From Euprymna scolopes (taxonomy: Eukaryota): a stretch of DNA of 64,000 nt. The notes under the pieces are model-generated. The model was given only the letters and a program-made list of their open reading frames with translations. It was not told where the DNA came from and did not search any database. Of this stretch, positions 1-11,679 are shown piece after piece. Position 1 is the stretch's first letter. Each line of letters begins with the position of its first letter. The position numbers and the translations under genes are program-made. The stretch lies in NCBI GenBank assembly GCA_053919585.1, contig CM132804.1, one strand, 5' to 3'.

Positions 1-79
1 AGGACGGATTTTGTGGTAAAAATAACTGGAACACTCCCAGAATGAATATTGCACAGACAAGGGGTAAAAATCACAGAAA

Positions 80-3079
80 ATGCCAGGGCGTTTCCAGAAA
101 CCCACATTGAATTCAATTTTTACCACTTTTAATGTAAATTTTGAAGCTCGGAGAAAATATACACCTTTTGAGATAAACAACAAGCCAGTGAAGTTTCAAT
201 TTGATACTGATTCGGATATCACTTTAATTTCATGTATAACATGGGAGTTGTTGGGAAAACCAACTCTTAAGAAGACAACTCATGTTGCTTGTGCTCTATC
301 GGGGAAACAAGATACAACTAAATGGTTAATTAACATGCAATGTATCTTTCAAAGAAAAAAGATTCAGGTGTGTGCTATGTTTTTGATGCATCAACCCCGA
401 ATGTTATTCGTTTGGATTTTATTGAAGAACTTGATCTTTTCAATGTTCCTCTAAACTCAATTTTCAATTCGTTCAATATTAATGCTGCAGCAGATGCTAA
501 AACACATTTTAAGAACATACTTAAAGCAAAGATCAGCAATATTTTTCAAGAGGGTTGTTCTAAAGTTAAAGCGACTTTAAAACTGAAGGCAGATGCAAAG
601 CCAGTCTTCAGACCAAAGCGTCCAGTACCATATGCAGATTTAGCTACAATAGAAAAAGGTTTGGATTGTCTACAAGAACTAGTAATCCAACCTACAAACT
701 ACTCATCCTGGGCAGCACCTATTGTAACTGTGAAGAGGGCTAATGGCAAAGTACGCCTATGTGCAGACCTCAGCACAGGACTAAATGACAGACTGGAGAC
801 ATACCAGTATTCACTACCTGTATTGGAAGATCTGTTTTCAAAACTCAATAGTGGAACTTGTTTTGAAAAATTTAAGGGAAGAAGATTCCAAAAATCTTCT
901 TACTATTAACAACTACAAGAGATTATTTCAATTTAACTGCTTTCCATTTGGAGTCAAGTCAGCTCCAGCAATATTCCAATAAACTATGGATACAATGTTC
1001 ACAGAATTGCCAGAAGTTTCATCTTACATTAATGATATCATTACAGGCACATGCCAAGAGGAACTTTTGCATTATCCTACTTCCGTGCTGGATCGAATTC
1101 AACAATATGGATTTCGCTTAAGACCAGAGAAATACAAATTCTTTCAAACTTCTGTGAAATACCTTTGATTCATATTTGACAAAAATGGTCGAAAACCAGA
1201 TCTGGATAATATTCAGGCAATAAAGCACATGGTAGTTTCTAAAGATGTTGCAGCACTACGATCCTTTCTAGACCTTGTAAGTTATTATGGTTCCTTCTTA
1301 CCCGAACTTCACAAGTTATGGGGGCCACTGGATAATCATTTACAAAAAGATACCAAATGGAGCTGGTCAAGCACATGCAAAGAATCATTTGAGAAAATTA
1401 AAACACTTGGTTCTGATCTATTGCTTATACACTACGATCCATCATTAGACATTACTGTTGTGATGAATACTTCAGACTATGACATCGGAGTAGTAATATT
1501 ACATACTTTTCCTGATGGAAACAAAAAAAGCCATTGCACACGCATCAAAGTCGTTGACGTCTACTGAACGAAAGTATAGCCAAATTGAGAAAGAAGACCC
1601 AGCAATTATCTACGCAGCAAAGAAATTTCACAAAATGCTATATGGCTGTCATTTTACTCTGATTGCAGACCACAAGCCCTTAATAAGTATTTTTGGTTCC
1701 AGAAAAGGAGTTCCACTTTATACAGCAAACCGTTTACGAATGCTTTTAAATTACGACTTTTCACCAACCAGGCAGCAAAATTGGGCAGGCAGATGCGTTA
1801 TCCAGACTCATCTCTTCTCATCAAAAAGTAGTGGAAGACAGTCATCACTGCTATATCTGGGGGACTTGAAGTTGTTCTGCACTGGTTTCCACAGTGAAAT
1901 CACTACCTCACTTCAGAGATGATCCAGGAGGCTACAGCTGCAGATCCATTATTACAGAAAGTTCAACATTTTCATCTCACAAACTGGCCAAAAACATGCA
2001 CTAATCAGCAACTTCAACCATTTTTTTTTTCAGAGAAGATCTTTATCCGAGATCAATGGAACACTTCTCTTTGGAGATTGTGTGGTTGTTCCATTCAAAC
2101 TACAGAACAGAGTTCTCAAGCAATTCCAGTATGGACATCAGGGAATTAATCAGATGAAAGCCTTGGCACGTGGCTATGTGTATTGGCCAAACATGGACAG
2201 GTAATTAGAGGAAAAAAAGTTGTGCCAAATGTCAACTGGTGGCGAAATCTCCTTGGAAAATAACATTGAACGCATGGCCTACCCCAGAACTCCCTTGGTC
2301 ACCACTACACATGGATTTTGCAGGAGCAATTAATGGACAACATTACTTAATATTGGTTAATGCTTACAATAAGTGGCCAGAAGTTTCCCAGATGAACCAT
2401 ACTACCTCAAACGAAACTGTAAAGAAACTACAAGAAATTTTTGGCAGGTTGAGCGTTCCTCAAATCTTAGTTTCTGATAATGGTACTGCATTTACCTCAG
2501 CAGAATTTACTGACTTCTGTAAACAAAACAGTATTCAGCATCTCAGATCTCCACCTTTCCATCCATAATCAAATGGCCAAACCGAATACTTTGTCGACAC
2601 ATTTAAGCACTTTTGAAATTAAAAGGGGGAAGAAACTACTCGAGATATAGAAATATTTCTAAACTAAATCCAAAATCCAAATTGCTCAAATGGAAAGTCT
2701 CCTGCTGAAGCACTGATGAACAGAAAAATGTTTACCGATGGATGCTATTCATCCATCACCAAATAATCTTCCCAAGAGAAACAGGATGATGGAAAACGAG
2801 TTCAATCGCCATCATGGAGCAACGTCATATAAATTCCTATCAGGACCACCTGTATTGGCAAAAGACTACCGCAATGGTAAAGAAAAATGGGCACAAGGTC
2901 ATATAGTATGTCGTTCTGGTAATGTAATTTATGATGCAGATGTACAATCATCTAATTGGGTAAGGTATGCAAATCAGCTTTGTCACCCAAATCTTCCAAA
3001 GAGACAATCAAATAACACAAGCATTCTATTAAATATTTTACTGGACACATTTGAATTACCTCAAAGTGTTCAAGCAACA
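80..3079 (+). mobile_element. Degenerate Ty3/Gypsy LTR retrotransposon pol (protease-RT-RNaseH-integrase), many frameshifts and stops
   Basis: ORF fragments in Gypsy order: FQFDTDSDITLI (aspartic protease), WAAPIVTVKRANGKVRLCAD and PFGVKSAPAIFQ/YINDII (RT), IAHASKSLTSTERKYSQIEKE/DHKPL (RNase H), LHMDFAG/LVSDNGTAF/SPPFHP (integrase). Confidence 0.95.
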
Positions 3080-4169
3080 TGCAGTATGAGAGATGCTCAA
3101 GGGTACAAAAATAAGAATTGTCCCAGTCGTGAAGGATTTCTCCTCCACCGAAAGAGAACAAGAAATGGAAGTGCGGCATCCGAAGAACAGATGCTGCACT
3201 TTGATCCTGACCAAAAGGCCAAGAGTAGCGGTGAACCCGTGGAAAAAGAAAAGGAAAAAGGCAGCTGTAAACGACGAAAGGAAGATAAAGAAAGACAGAG
3301 AAAAAAGATAAGCTCATAGCTTATGGTGGGAGAACGTGATGACGTTAAATTGGCCATGACAGCCCGTGGGTGGCGAGGATACCAATGAAATTCCATGTAC
3401 AAAGCAAACAGTGTCGACAACAGCTGGGCGATAAGTGACCCTATTGAAAAGACACGTGCCCTTTGTGGAATCGGATTCAGCTGTTTTTATGTCCTCTCAA
3501 AAATAATTAAGTAAGACATCTCTGTTTTTACGACCTGTCAAGTTTCATTAGGCCGCATCGGTCGAAATGGAGAACACCCGAATGCCAACAGACGAAGAAA
3601 GACAGCTCCTTTTTTGGGTATAGGCCGCCTGGCGAAGATTTGACGGACAGTGATCCCTTAATTCTGATTGGCCAACGACCTGAAACGGGAAGAGACCCAG
3701 TCCACGCCCCCACAATATAAGCAGCGAGCCTTGAGAGATTGACAGTCAGAGTTAGAGAGAGAGCTTTGCTTCCTTGGGTCTGACGAACGAAGATTCCCCC
3801 CATCGATTGACCCTGTCACATAGATAATTGAGTTTTCTGTCGGAAAGAGAAGAGAAAACCTCGCAGTTAGCAAGTGGCCAGTCCCTAACTGAACAGCTAG
3901 CTGCGATTGTACTGTTGTTGAAATACAAGGAAGTTTGTACAAAAGGAAACGCTTGTTAACTTGGTCCTTTCAATTGTTTTGCATGACAAGTCTGTTTCAG
4001 GAAACCGGCCGTTGACATCATCGCCGAGGAAACACCAGAACCGACAACCGGGGTCATTCCACCACTGGACGACGCGCGGGTGACGTAAGTGTCACAAGTA
4101 AACAAAGTCTGAGAAGAAAGGCCCAACCTGAAGGACGCAACGAAGGTGAAAACCAACTTCAACTCTACA
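3080..4169. mobile_element. Probable solo LTR inserted between the Gypsy integrase tail and its PPT
   Basis: GC-richer ~1.09-kb block bounded by TGCAG...CTACA, flanks AACA/AATA (3/4 TSD match), TATA-like AATATAAG near 3714. Gypsy PPT-like sequence resumes after it. Confidence 0.5.
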
Positions 4170-4214
4170 AATACACATGAAACTTCCTACAAACATCATA
4201 TTTCAAAGGGAAAG

Positions 4215-4437
4215 TGTTATAGCGATAAAAGTGGGAATAACTCTAAATAAAGAAAGTAAGAGTTATCACCCTTATAGATCTTTGAAAACACTTGACAGTT
4301 TGGGGAATCAAAAGCAGATGACATCGCCGGACATTCAATATGTCTGTAAATTATTTAAGGTTTATGCTATGAATAAATTGTGCTTAAAATACAATGAGCT
4401 TGTCTGCTTGTTATTAGAATATCCAATGATCCTGACA
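4215..4437 (+). mobile_element. Putative 3' LTR of the Gypsy element
   Basis: Purine tract AAAGGGAAAG directly before TGTTA; internal AATAAA near 4372; ends CTGACA. Confidence 0.5.
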
Positions 4438-4889
4438 TCATGATTTCTCTGAAAACAAAAGGACGAAAAAGAGTAAAAAAATTTGTTCTATAGTTTCGAA
4501 AATGCTTATTAAAAATAAAAAGGTTCGTCGTATCGCTTGTCAAATCTATTTTTTTTATTTAGACTTTTTTTACTGTCACTTTGAATAAATTTACAAATAT
4601 TTACTGTTAATATTTATATTATTAATTATTAATTTCTTGTAAGAAAGAGAATTTTCTCCCTTACTTTTGATTGTATCTAAAATCAGCTCCCAGTGTTTAG
4701 ACTGAAAATCAGTCAATATCACGGCTGAAAGGTTTTGTATTTGAATTGTTTTGTTTTTCTGTACACAGTATTCAAGTGAATAAATTTGGTTAGGAAAATG
4801 TGACAAGCAAATAGACAGATAAGTCAATTTTCTACTTCTATATACACAGATTAGACCCTCAAAGGCTAGACAGTTTGTCTAGTATATAT

Positions 4890-5235
4890 ATATTTTTATT
4901 TATATAGACAAATATTACATAGCGGCTACACTGAACATGCTAAACTTTTGGACAGTTCCTCGTCAGAAATAAAGTTTATCTGCTATTCAAAGCAGCCGGT
5001 TCTTAAACAAAAGAAGCGGAATATATATATATATTTTTTTAATAATTAAAAGAATATATATATATATATATATATTCCATGTCTTTCATTTAAGAACCAG
5101 CTGCTTTGAATAGCAGATAAACTTTATTTCTGTCGCTTGACGAGGAACTTTTAGTTTTTAATAAACCAATTGTCCAAAAGATTAGCATGTTCAGTGTAGC
5201 CGCTATGTAATATTTGTCTATATAAATAAAAATAT
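4890..5235. repeat. Inverted duplication (~150-175-bp arms) around (TA)n, Penelope pLTR-like
   Basis: TAGACAAATATTACATAGCGGCTACACTGAACATGCTAA... is mirrored by ...TTAGCATGTTCAGTGTAGCCGCTATGTAATATTTGTCTA. The right arm holds a hammerhead-like remnant TGACGAG-GAACT-TTT-AGTT...AAACCAATTGTC. Confidence 0.85.
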
Positions 5236-5313
5236 TATATTTTTCTCTTTATGTAGCACTCTTAATAACCTCATTTTAATTCATAAGTTTTATCTCCTGA
5301 ATACCTTTAACTT

Positions 5314-5315
<2 letters not shown>

Positions 5316-5394
<79 letters not shown>
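5316..5394. repeat. (TA)n microsatellite (others at about 6138, 7305, 23218, 23442, 25032, 41670, 43402, 50068)
   Basis: Directly visible dinucleotide runs. Confidence 0.98.
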
Positions 5395-5396
<2 letters not shown>

Positions 5397-6133
5397 TAGC
5401 AAAAGTACCTGTCGTTGACTGGGTTCAAAAACAGCCTACAGAAAATGGACTCTGATTTATGAAAGTATGATAGGTTATGAAAAGGAAGGGTTGTAAAGAG
5501 ATAGCTTCGAATTTGGGGGTATCAAAACCAAAGCAAAATATGATGAAAGTAAAAAATAAAATAGATAAACCCCATAATTTATTATACCATACATGTTCAC
5601 ACTGAAACACTTATCACAATATTCTGTGGATCTATATTAAAAAACCTTGTTAAACTTTGTGTCATATTTCCATTCTATGGAGGTCAGGTGCGAACGAACA
5701 CCCCATAATTTTATTATACCATATTTCTTTAAACTGAAACATAATTATCAAAGTATACTTACGCAGATAGATATGAAAAGTCTTTATTACAGTTTGTGCC
5801 TATTTCCATTCCATGGAGACAAGGCACGAACACAGACCCAACAATTTTATTATACCATCCCTATTTAAGTTAAAACATACTTATCAAAGTATTATTATGT
5901 ACATCTATATCAAAAACACTTGTAAACGTATTTTTTTAAATTTTTAAATTTTTTATTTCCATACTTTGTGGCCCAGGTGCGAACGAAGACCCCACAATTT
6001 TAATGAACCACCATTCTGCCAGATCAAACATACCCATTTCTGTGTCTCGATACATCTATCATTATATGTAATTTAAAATAGTCAACCATATAGGAGCCTA
6101 TTTGTGACCAGACACACACCCACACATATTCAG

Positions 6134-6179
<46 letters not shown>
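5395..6179 (+). mobile_element. Non-autonomous Helentron/Helitron-associated (DINE-1/Lep1-like) element with internal ~135-bp tandem repeats
   Basis: Starts ACTAGC...CCTGTCGTTGACTGGGT and ends (CA)n-TTCAGCTTTATATAT. About 3.3 copies of a unit containing CCCATAATTTTATTATACCAT at 5570-6005. Confidence 0.6.
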
Positions 6180-6182
<3 letters not shown>

Positions 6183-6600
6183 ACAGTGTCATGCCAGGGG
6201 AGTTGACAAATGCAGTCATTGGAATCCGTATTGGAATAAGAAAAATATATATCATGCCCATATTCCTTTATTTTCTTTTAAAGTTGATGAGTTCCTTTTC
6301 TTCTGGTGAGTTAAGGACAGAATAATATATTAGTCCTCATGTGAAAGAGCAGGACAAAAAATGTTTTAATAATAATAGAATTACAATAACAAAGACTACT
6401 ATTGACTGTAACCATTTATACAGTCCTTTTGAAATTTTCATCTCTATTTTTCTCATTATGTACTGAATATTTGTTAATGAAATCTATATGAAATATGTTC
6501 CTTATTAAATTTTTAAGATTTTCTATTCTGAAAGAAGTTTTAAAAAATTTAATCCAAAAAAGTTATTTTAAAGGTTTTGCTAAGAAAATTCAGAGTTTCT

Positions 6601-6756
6601 CATTCAGACCTATATTACAAAGAGGGAGTTGCAAAAAATGAGTTGTGGTGTGAGGAGAAATACAAAGTGAAACAGAATATTCAGACCTGTAATAATACAA
6701 AGAGGAGGTTGCAAAAATGAGTTGTGGTGTGAGGAGAAATACAAACTGAAATAGAG
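6601..6756 (+). repeat. Two-copy ~80-bp direct tandem repeat
   Basis: TTCAGACC...TACAAAGAGG...GTTGCAAAAATGAGTTGTGGTGTGAGGAGAAATACAAA occurs twice. Confidence 0.85.
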
Positions 6757-6792
6757 AAGGAGAGTTTTAAAATATAATCTTAAAAAGATAAG

Positions 6793-7301
6793 ATACAAGT
6801 TAGAAAAGCATTTCATCCAAGGCATGAAAATTGTTAAACAAAATGTTTTTACTATAGGCTTTAAAAATAAAGATACAAGATTCAATTTGAAATTTATTTA
6901 TCTTCAAAGTGCACTTTTATAAATTTTACAAAGTAAGGTATAAAAATTTAATTTTAATTGAATCAAAAAATTACCTTGGATTTATTTTATGTAATGTACA
7001 TTTTGTTGCAATTTAAATACATTATTTTTCATCTAGCAATTAATGATATAGATATAAAATATTCAATGAGTTTTTTTTTTTAAAAGTGCAACAGAATGTA
7101 CATTACATAAAATAAATCCAAGGTAATTTTTTGATTGAATTTAAATTAAATTTTTATCCCTGACTTTATAAAATTTATAAAAGTGCACTTTGAAGATAAA
7201 TAAATTTCAGATTGAATCTTGTACCTTTATTTTTAAAGCCTATAGTAAAAACATTTTGTTTAACAATTTTCATGCCTTGGATGAAATGCTTTTCTAACTT
7301 G

Positions 7302-7304
<3 letters not shown>
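6793..7304. repeat. Long inverted repeat (~225-bp arms, ~63-bp spacer) abutting (TA)n
   Basis: 6793-7017 is the reverse complement of 7081-7304 with few mismatches. Confidence 0.95.
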
Positions 7305-7352
<48 letters not shown>

Positions 7353-8127
7353 TAAGTAAAAACATAATTATTAAAAATTATTTTCTCTGGCTGGAATTAC
7401 ATTCAAATTATATGAAAAAGTATGCAATATTTTTTGCTGGCCAAATTCAACAGGCAGAAAGGAAAGGTAAGGTCATATAAACCAAAGGTATTTGGTTTAT
7501 TACAAAGGGAGTGGTGGTTGTAAACTGTCCAGGACAACAGTATATTTAATTAATTTCTCAAAGTTCTTGATCAATTGAAAAATAATAGCAATCGGCTCTT
7601 AATGCACTCCGGACTAGTTTTATAATTTTTCTGAGTGTCAGACATTAATAATCTTGACAGTAATTAGAATTTTTTTTTTTTTGTTTTGTTTTTATCTCAT
7701 ATTACTTATGTATTACTTTATCATTTTATTAGTTTCCATTTCTTTCACTCCAGGTCTACAATGGGGGAAATATTTGCAAAGTATGAATCTTACTGCCCCA
7801 TCCCATTCACTGGCAGGGTAGCTAGAAGTAAATAAAACAAGTTCTACCTAAAATTGTAAAAAAGACAAAATAACCAGGGGGAAAAAAATTATCATAAAAT
7901 AATTAGTGTCAGAAAAATTAATTGGACTCTGAATCGGGAATCATTTTTTTTTTTTTGAGTATCGGAATTGGTGTCAGAAAGATTTATGCCTAATGAAAAA
8001 ACGATTCTTTTAAATCTTATTTTTTGGGGGGGAGGGGGGGGCTTGTTAAGATATAACAATGAAAATAGCCTTTAAAGAAAATTAGCGAAAATTGAGTTTT
8101 CATAAAAAATATAAAAAAATTTTTAAA

Positions 8128-8736
8128 TTTTTTTTTAATTACATTTTCACCCTAAACAAGGCACATCGCCACTTTGTTGTAGGGGACTACTATCAGGGGT
8201 ATAGGCATCAGGGGAACTGTGTAGGGAGTTGGGCAGCAAGATGTCGGTTCACATTGCACTTGAACTTCTGCATGTCAGTTCAGTTGGGGAAGCAGGGACC
8301 CGGAAGGGAATGCCAAAATCTAGCTGTTCTGGGGAAGAAATTACTGGAGTAGAAGGCTCTCTTACATCTAGGGATCTCTACTGTGAAGGGGTGGGATTTA
8401 GCTGCTTGTCAGGTTTGTCGGGGGTATTTATGACGAGGGGGCACAAGTGCTTGCAGTTCGTCAGAGCATTCACCGTTAAAGTACTTATAGAACAGGAAGA
8501 GGGATGCAACATTTCGTCGATGGGACAGAGGCTGAAGTTTAGATGATAGTTCAGGACCTATCAGATTGGCGACTCTCTTTTGAACCTTGTCTAGGAGCGA
8601 GAGACTAGTAGCAGATGCACCAGCCTAAATATGACAACAATACTCCATACATGGGCGAATGGTGGCCTTATAGAGGTATAGGATACTTTCGGGCATTAGT
8701 ATCTTTCTAGCACGGTAGAGAGAACCTACCTTCTTC
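8128..8736 (-). mobile_element. CR1-type LINE, subfamily B, 5'-truncated
   Basis: Reverse strand encodes YKATIRPCMEYCCHI*AGA; 3' UTR AAGTGGCGATGTGCCTTG followed by an A-rich tail. Sits between short inverted arms at 8058-8100 and 8816-8858. Confidence 0.85.
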
Positions 8737-9967
8737 AGTCTTAAAATAAAGAGTTCGAATCATAACAAGGGAGGTAATTATTTTCTGAAAACTGAAAATC
8801 TAAAACCAATTTAGCAAAACTCAATTTTCGCTAATTGTCTTTGAAAACGGTTTTCATTAATTGGTAATTTTTTTTTTACCTCATCGTTTTCTGTAATTTT
8901 TAGATATGTTCAATACTGCGACATGGCAAGAAGATGGCGTTGGTTTTACTTTAAATTTGATACTTCGATTTTTGAATTTCGCTCTAATAATGTTTTTTTT
9001 TATTGTTGATAGTAATTATAAAATGGTAAATATTTATTGACTTTGAAACTACTAATAAAACTAAAATACTTCCACAATTTGTGGAAAATGTATGCACATA
9101 TTACGTGGGCTTTTACAGTAATATGAAAATAATAAAAAACAAAAAACAACTCCATAGCTGAATATTTAAAGATTTTTATGAGTCGCAGCCATTGTTGAGC
9201 TGGCTTGTTCTCTCTGTTGGCTGAGGTATGGTTCTGGTCCAATGCAGTCCCAGGAAATCAACCGTCCCAGCCTTTCCTTTCTCACTCTTTGAGAATGGGT
9301 TAGTTTATTGCAAATCATCTAAAGTGGCCCAACCAGGAAATATCAACATATATAAAGGAAATTTAAATTAATAGAAGGCAATACAATACAGAGGTGTAAT
9401 GGATTAACACAAACTGAAGCAAATCTATATATCTACTAGCAGACGACCTGGCATTGCCCGGTCGTAAAATACGCATAAATATTATTTTAATTCATGCAGA
9501 AACTGAAACATTTTACTTGTAAAAAAATACTCAAGCTGAGATCAAAACCAAAACCTAAAGACAGTGGATCAAGTACGATAACCATTAGACTAGCTTGACT
9601 CCCATGAAAAAAAAAGACACTCTGAACATGACTATTATCAGTTGATGGTATGCAGCAGCTTCCCAGAGAAGAAAGAACTATTAACAACCAATGGATACCT
9701 ATTCTACCTAATTCCTCATTAGTTATGTAGCAGTGATAAATATTGGTATTCATTTCGTCTGACAGAGAAATCTAAATATGGCTAGTTGATCCCACAATGA
9801 TCAACTGAACTATACAATGTAACAATTTCTACTGGACCGTTTCATGACTCCATCATGAGACGGTTATGGTTTGAAGACCAAACACAGTGTCCAGACTAAC
9901 ATTAAGTAAAACACCTACACTCTCCTACCATCCATCGACTAGACATTCCAAGCTCAGATAGGATCAC

Positions 9968-10660
9968 TTTTTTTTTTTTTTTTTACAAAGGAGTCATCAC
10001 TTATCAAGGCCCGGGGGCCACTCGAGGAGAAGGGTTAATGAGTGTACAGTGGTCAAGGGGAACATGTCAGTCATCGTTAGTAGTGGAAATTTGGTAAATT
10101 AGATTACTTAAGGGGATGGCTCATCAAGAATTTGTTCATGTTGGACTTGAAGACAATCATGTTGTAGTCGGTTGGAAAGCAGAAAAACGGAACAGTTCCA
10201 CAGGCGTGCAGTTCTAAGAAAGAAGCTTTGTTCATGAAATCTATGTTTAGGCATAGATAAAGAGTGGGGGAAATTATTGATAGTGGTTTCAGATCGACGA
10301 GTGTTTTTCATGAAAGTTAGGCCGGGGGGGACCATAGATTGGAGCTCAGACGAGCACTTGCCATGAAAATAACAATAAAGCAGAGACACTCGCAATGTCT
10401 CTTCTGTGGGAAAGGTTGCAGGGAAGAGAAAAGGGCATCCCCTACTAGGCTACAAAGTCTATTTTGAACTCTGTCAAGGCAGGATAAGCTGCTTCTAGCA
10501 GCTCCTGCCCAGATGTGGCAACAGTACTCTATCCTTGGATGCACTTGGCTCTTATACATCTAGAGAATTGCATCAGCAATGAGATATCTACTGGAGAGGT
10601 AGAACAATCCCACTATTTTCCCAGCAGCCCTGGTAACGAATTTGATGTACGAGTTCACTT
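9968..10660 (-). mobile_element. CR1-type LINE, subfamily A, 5'-truncated
   Basis: ORF 10317-10559 YKSQVHPRIEYCCHIWAGA; polyA tail seen as polyT at 9968. Confidence 0.92.
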
Positions 10661-11679
10661 GACGATATACAGCCCCCCCCCCTACACACACACGAAAAAA
10701 GAAAGAACTAACGACATATCCACTCTATTTAATTCCTTTTAATAAAAGAAAAAATTTCAGTTCTGGACATATATACTCAACTATATATGCAGTATAAAAA
10801 TCAATATATTTATATCAATTGTTTGTTTTTATAGAAAAGTCTTAGTTAACTGGACCATATTTTGTCGGGGGGGGGGGAGACGTTTTATGTACTGATTTGG
10901 GAATAAAATGCAGACACATTCCATGAGGAATCTATTATATAAAAGAGTTGTATGTGAGTGTGTGTTCAGTTACAGAGGAATGGGCTGGGCGGAGGAGAAA
11001 TAAGATTTTGGAGAGGGAGGGGAAATCGGGAGAGGTAGAGAGAAAGAGAAAGGAAAAAAGATACCTAGAAGTTTTAATAGGAACTAGACTACCCGTGACC
11101 CGTTGGATCAGTATGTTATATTAGCTATGGAATTCATGTGTGAGCATGACACTTGTAACGTAAAGAGAATAGTTTTTTTTTTTTTTTTGACATAACAGAA
11201 ACATTTCTATGAAAGTATATTAAAATGAAAAATCACGAACGGATCACTCAAACCTGGAAAAAAATCCTCCCTATTCGTAGAAAGTTACCTATTTTTCCGA
11301 ATAATCGTTCAAAAATCGAAAATTAAACATGATTTTCCTACGAATCGAATGCAGATGAAAGTCATTTAGCAGTAAAAACGCACATGAACCTACCGATGAG
11401 AAATATAAGAATGAAAAACCCCATATTGGAATCCTTCAACCAGGTTATAGAAACTTAAAATCTAAAACAAAATAATTAATAAAACCTGAAGCAAAAAAAT
11501 AAAACCTAAATAAATAAAATAAAATAAAGCTAATATTGAAACAGATTAGTAAATGTGTCAACAAATTCACCGTTCTCACACAACTATTTTGTATCTAGAA
11601 ATGTAAACAAAAAATAAAAAAAGGAAGGAAGGAAGGAAAAGGGACAGATAGAGAATAGTAGTAGTAGTCTTGGCTTTAC

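Noticed and set aside
7754-7835. Possible exon after TTTCTTTCACTCCAG
   Set aside because: All frames stop within about 80 nt or lack a convincing donor, and there is no homology beyond a faint hAT C-terminal resemblance.
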